From Raja brachyura (taxonomy: Eukaryota): a stretch of 64,000 nt of DNA. The stretch lies in assembly GCA_963514005.1 (NCBI GenBank), contig OY740788.1, positions 87,420,001-87,484,000 of the forward strand, read 5' to 3'. The position numbers were made by a program, and so were the translations under genes. Shown in pieces: positions 61,619-64,000 of this stretch. Within the stretch, counting starts at the first letter, position 1. Every line of letters begins with the position of its first letter. The notes under the pieces are model-generated. The model did not search any database, was not told the origin of the DNA, and saw only the letters and a program-made list of their open reading frames with translations.

Positions 61619-62033
61619 GCCTATCTCCTTCGCTCCTTAGATGCTGCTGCACCCGCTGAGTTTCTCCAGCTTTTTGTGTAACCCACTGAGTTACTCCAAC
61701 ACTTTGTGTCTATCTTCTGTATGTATAGACCAGCTTGTTTGTTTGCGCTGTGCATGTGCATGTGCATGTGCATGCGCATGCATACGTATGTGCATGTGTG
61801 TAACTCCCACTGTGTCAAGAACTCGTGAGCATCATTCGGTCAGCACTCTGTGGGTTGTACAAAGACCTCTTGTGATTATACACATCATGGCAGATTCAAC
61901 CTGCAACAGAGCACGTGTTTCTGGCATCTTACCAACTTCCTGAACGTCACACCTGTAAATGATAATACATATTTACCTTTGGAATAGATTTGTTATCTCA
62001 TGTTATTTTATTATCAGCAGCGATTGGTAGTAA

Positions 62034-64000
62034 GATTAAATGAGAACTTACCAGTTTGAAGTTTGATCCTTATTTTATGAGGAGTTACGATGAGGGATTT
62101 CGTGAAGACCCTGCCAGCACGCATGCGTGACATTCTTCAAAGCAGCGGTGTGGAATCACAGATAACAACAATGACTGAAGATAGTAAGATTAAGAGACTC
62201 TAATATACCTGTTGACCTTATGATAGAGGGTTGGGAGCGGAGGGCACGAAATCCCTCATCGTAACTCCTCATAAAATAAGGATCAAACTTCAAACCGGTA
62301 AGTTCTCGTTTAATCTTACTATTTTACTTCGGAGTCTCGTGAGTGACTTTGTGAAGATTTCAAAGCTCTGTGATTCCATGCCCTGGACCATGTCCATGCT
62401 CCCACACTGCCGTAATTACTGATGGAGGAAGTATGTTAACATATTTCAGACTTGAACAAGCTGAAAAATAATAACGTATTTATTAATACAAAACAAAAAC
62501 CCTTGAATTCCGGGACAAACGTTTAGGGAACAGCATTTAAAACTGACTCCGCAAATGTTGCGGGAGCAGCCACAGGTTTGGTATAAAAACGCTGAAATGT
62601 AGTTTCACTGGCCCAGCCCGCTGTTGTGAGGACATGATCCATGGGTACCTCCACGGTCCTCGCCGCTGATGCAGATGCAGCCCTGGTAGAATGAGATTTT
62701 AAAATGTTAGTGTCTATACCTGCTGCACCCAATACCACCCTGAGCCACCTGGAGATAGTCTGCACCGTCACCCTGTGATGTGGGTTTCCATGGCTGATAA
62801 ACAGTCCCGTCCATATTCCTGATGGTGTGTGTGACATTGATATAATGTCGGATATGGGTGGCTATACAGAATCGTATGTCAACGGGGTATGCTAGGAATT
62901 CCAATTTCAGTCCTGTAGTTCCAGGCCTGTGTTGTTTAAGTAACTCATCTATAAAGAAAGTCACTTTATTGGGGGTCAAGACCATTCTATCCAGTTTTAG
63001 TTTCTGTAGTGTCTGGACCCGTTGTGCTGTGGTTAGTGCCATTAACATCACCACTTTGAAGGTGAGTTTGTCCAGTGGTAAATCCGTCATAGGCGACCAG
63101 CACCTGAGTAGGGTCAACACCACCCCGATATCCCAGGTAATATTATATCGTGGTCGGGGAGGGATGGAATTGAATAGACCCCTCATGAGTTTGGATACCA
63201 GCTGGTGAGATCCCACTCCAATGTTGAGATAGGATGACAGTGCTCTCCTGGCACTCTTTATGGCACTGTAACTGAGGGCCTCATCAAAATGAAGGCCCGC
63301 GAGGAATTCCAGCACATTGGTGATCGTAGCAGAGTTGTAGGTGGTCTTGGTCCATTACAGAAGGCCTCCCACTTCCTTATGTGGGTGAGGTACTGCTTCC
63401 TTGTGGACTCTCTGCATGATGCTATAATGATGTCCATGGTTCTTGTAGACAGCCCGAATTCCAGCAATGGCCTCTTCAGAACCTGCAAGCCACCAGGTTC
63501 AGATTACCATGGCACGGATGGTTTTCCCCTGTTATGGGATTGGTCACCAAATTCGGGCATTTGGTAACCTGTACCCATGGTTCTTTCATCAAGTTGAGGG
63601 CCACCGGGTACCATGGTTGTGTGGGCCAGTCGGGTATTATCAGTAAACCTGATGCAGAATCTGGTTGTATTTTCTGCAATACCCGACTGATGAGGCAGAA
63701 TGGGGGAAATGCATAGAAAAACCATTTCCCCCAATGTAGCGAGAACGCGTCCATCGCCACTGCCCCAGGATCTGGTTCTCAAGAGACATATGTTGGTATC
63801 AACCTCGACGCAAAGAGGTCGATATCTGGTGTTCCATTTTTGGCTATAATTTTAGCAAATATTTGGGGGTTCAACATCCACTCGATGTTGTCATTAAATA
63901 CTCGTGACCTGGTGTCCACCACTGTATTGAGCTTACCCGGAAGGTATGTAGCTGATATCCAAATATTTCTTTCAATACACCAGAGCCAAATTAAATTTGC
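62034..64000 (-). mobile_element. DIRS1-like tyrosine-recombinase retrotransposon, 3' part (runs off the window edge)
   Basis: RNase H end (IWISATYLPGKLNTVVDTRSR) at ~63900-64000; methyltransferase-like domain (DIDLFASR...DAFSLHW...YAFPPF...PDWPTQPWYP); SAM-like N-domain (STRKQYLTHIRKW); YR domain (TAQRVQ...HSTRAASASAA...AGW..TFQRFY), frameshifted; terminal inverted/complementary repeats. Confidence 0.93.
62523..63488 (-). pseudogene. DIRS tyrosine recombinase, split across three frames
   Basis: ORFs 63258-63488, 62707-63315 and 62523-62837 together carry the catalytic R, HxxR, W and Y residues. Confidence 0.88.

Noticed and set aside
62523-63315. Phage integrase or bacterial contamination
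   Set aside because: Adjacent RNase H and methyltransferase-like domains plus the ITR/ICR structure identify a eukaryotic DIRS retrotransposon.

Overview
Repeat-dense vertebrate genomic DNA, most likely from a cartilaginous fish (skate/ray/shark). This inference rests on the HER1-like CR1 LINEs, HE1-like V-SINEs, Penelope-like elements and Rex1/Babar copies. The window has three N-gaps and no intact multi-exon gene. It looks like the large 5' intronic region of a minus-strand gene: a short first coding exon at 30857-30899 (MGQTAVSGVSQPAG plus a phase-1 GTGAGT donor) resembles the PHACTR2/4 N-terminal exon, and a second candidate alternative first exon lies at 59858-59921. Most ORF-track entries are transposon fragments or their antisense shadows. 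Mobile elements include CR1 (several subfamilies, often nested), Rex1/Babar, Tx1, Penelope-like elements, a near full-length IR-DR Tc1 (DD34E), the 3' end of a DIRS tyrosine-recombinase retrotransposon, Harbinger-like MITEs, and a TAG...CTA element with 7-bp TSDs. Most notable observations: (1) three Tx1 copies inserted at the same position of a ~65-67 bp repeat, suggesting a target-specific retrotransposon; (2) more than a dozen minimal hammerhead-ribozyme motifs in Penelope-derived short repeats; (3) an orphan 5.8S rDNA fragment; (4) a MITE family with a shared TIR but different minisatellite-containing interiors. All family and gene assignments come from recognising motifs by eye; no database search was run, and element boundaries are approximate unless a TSD is given.
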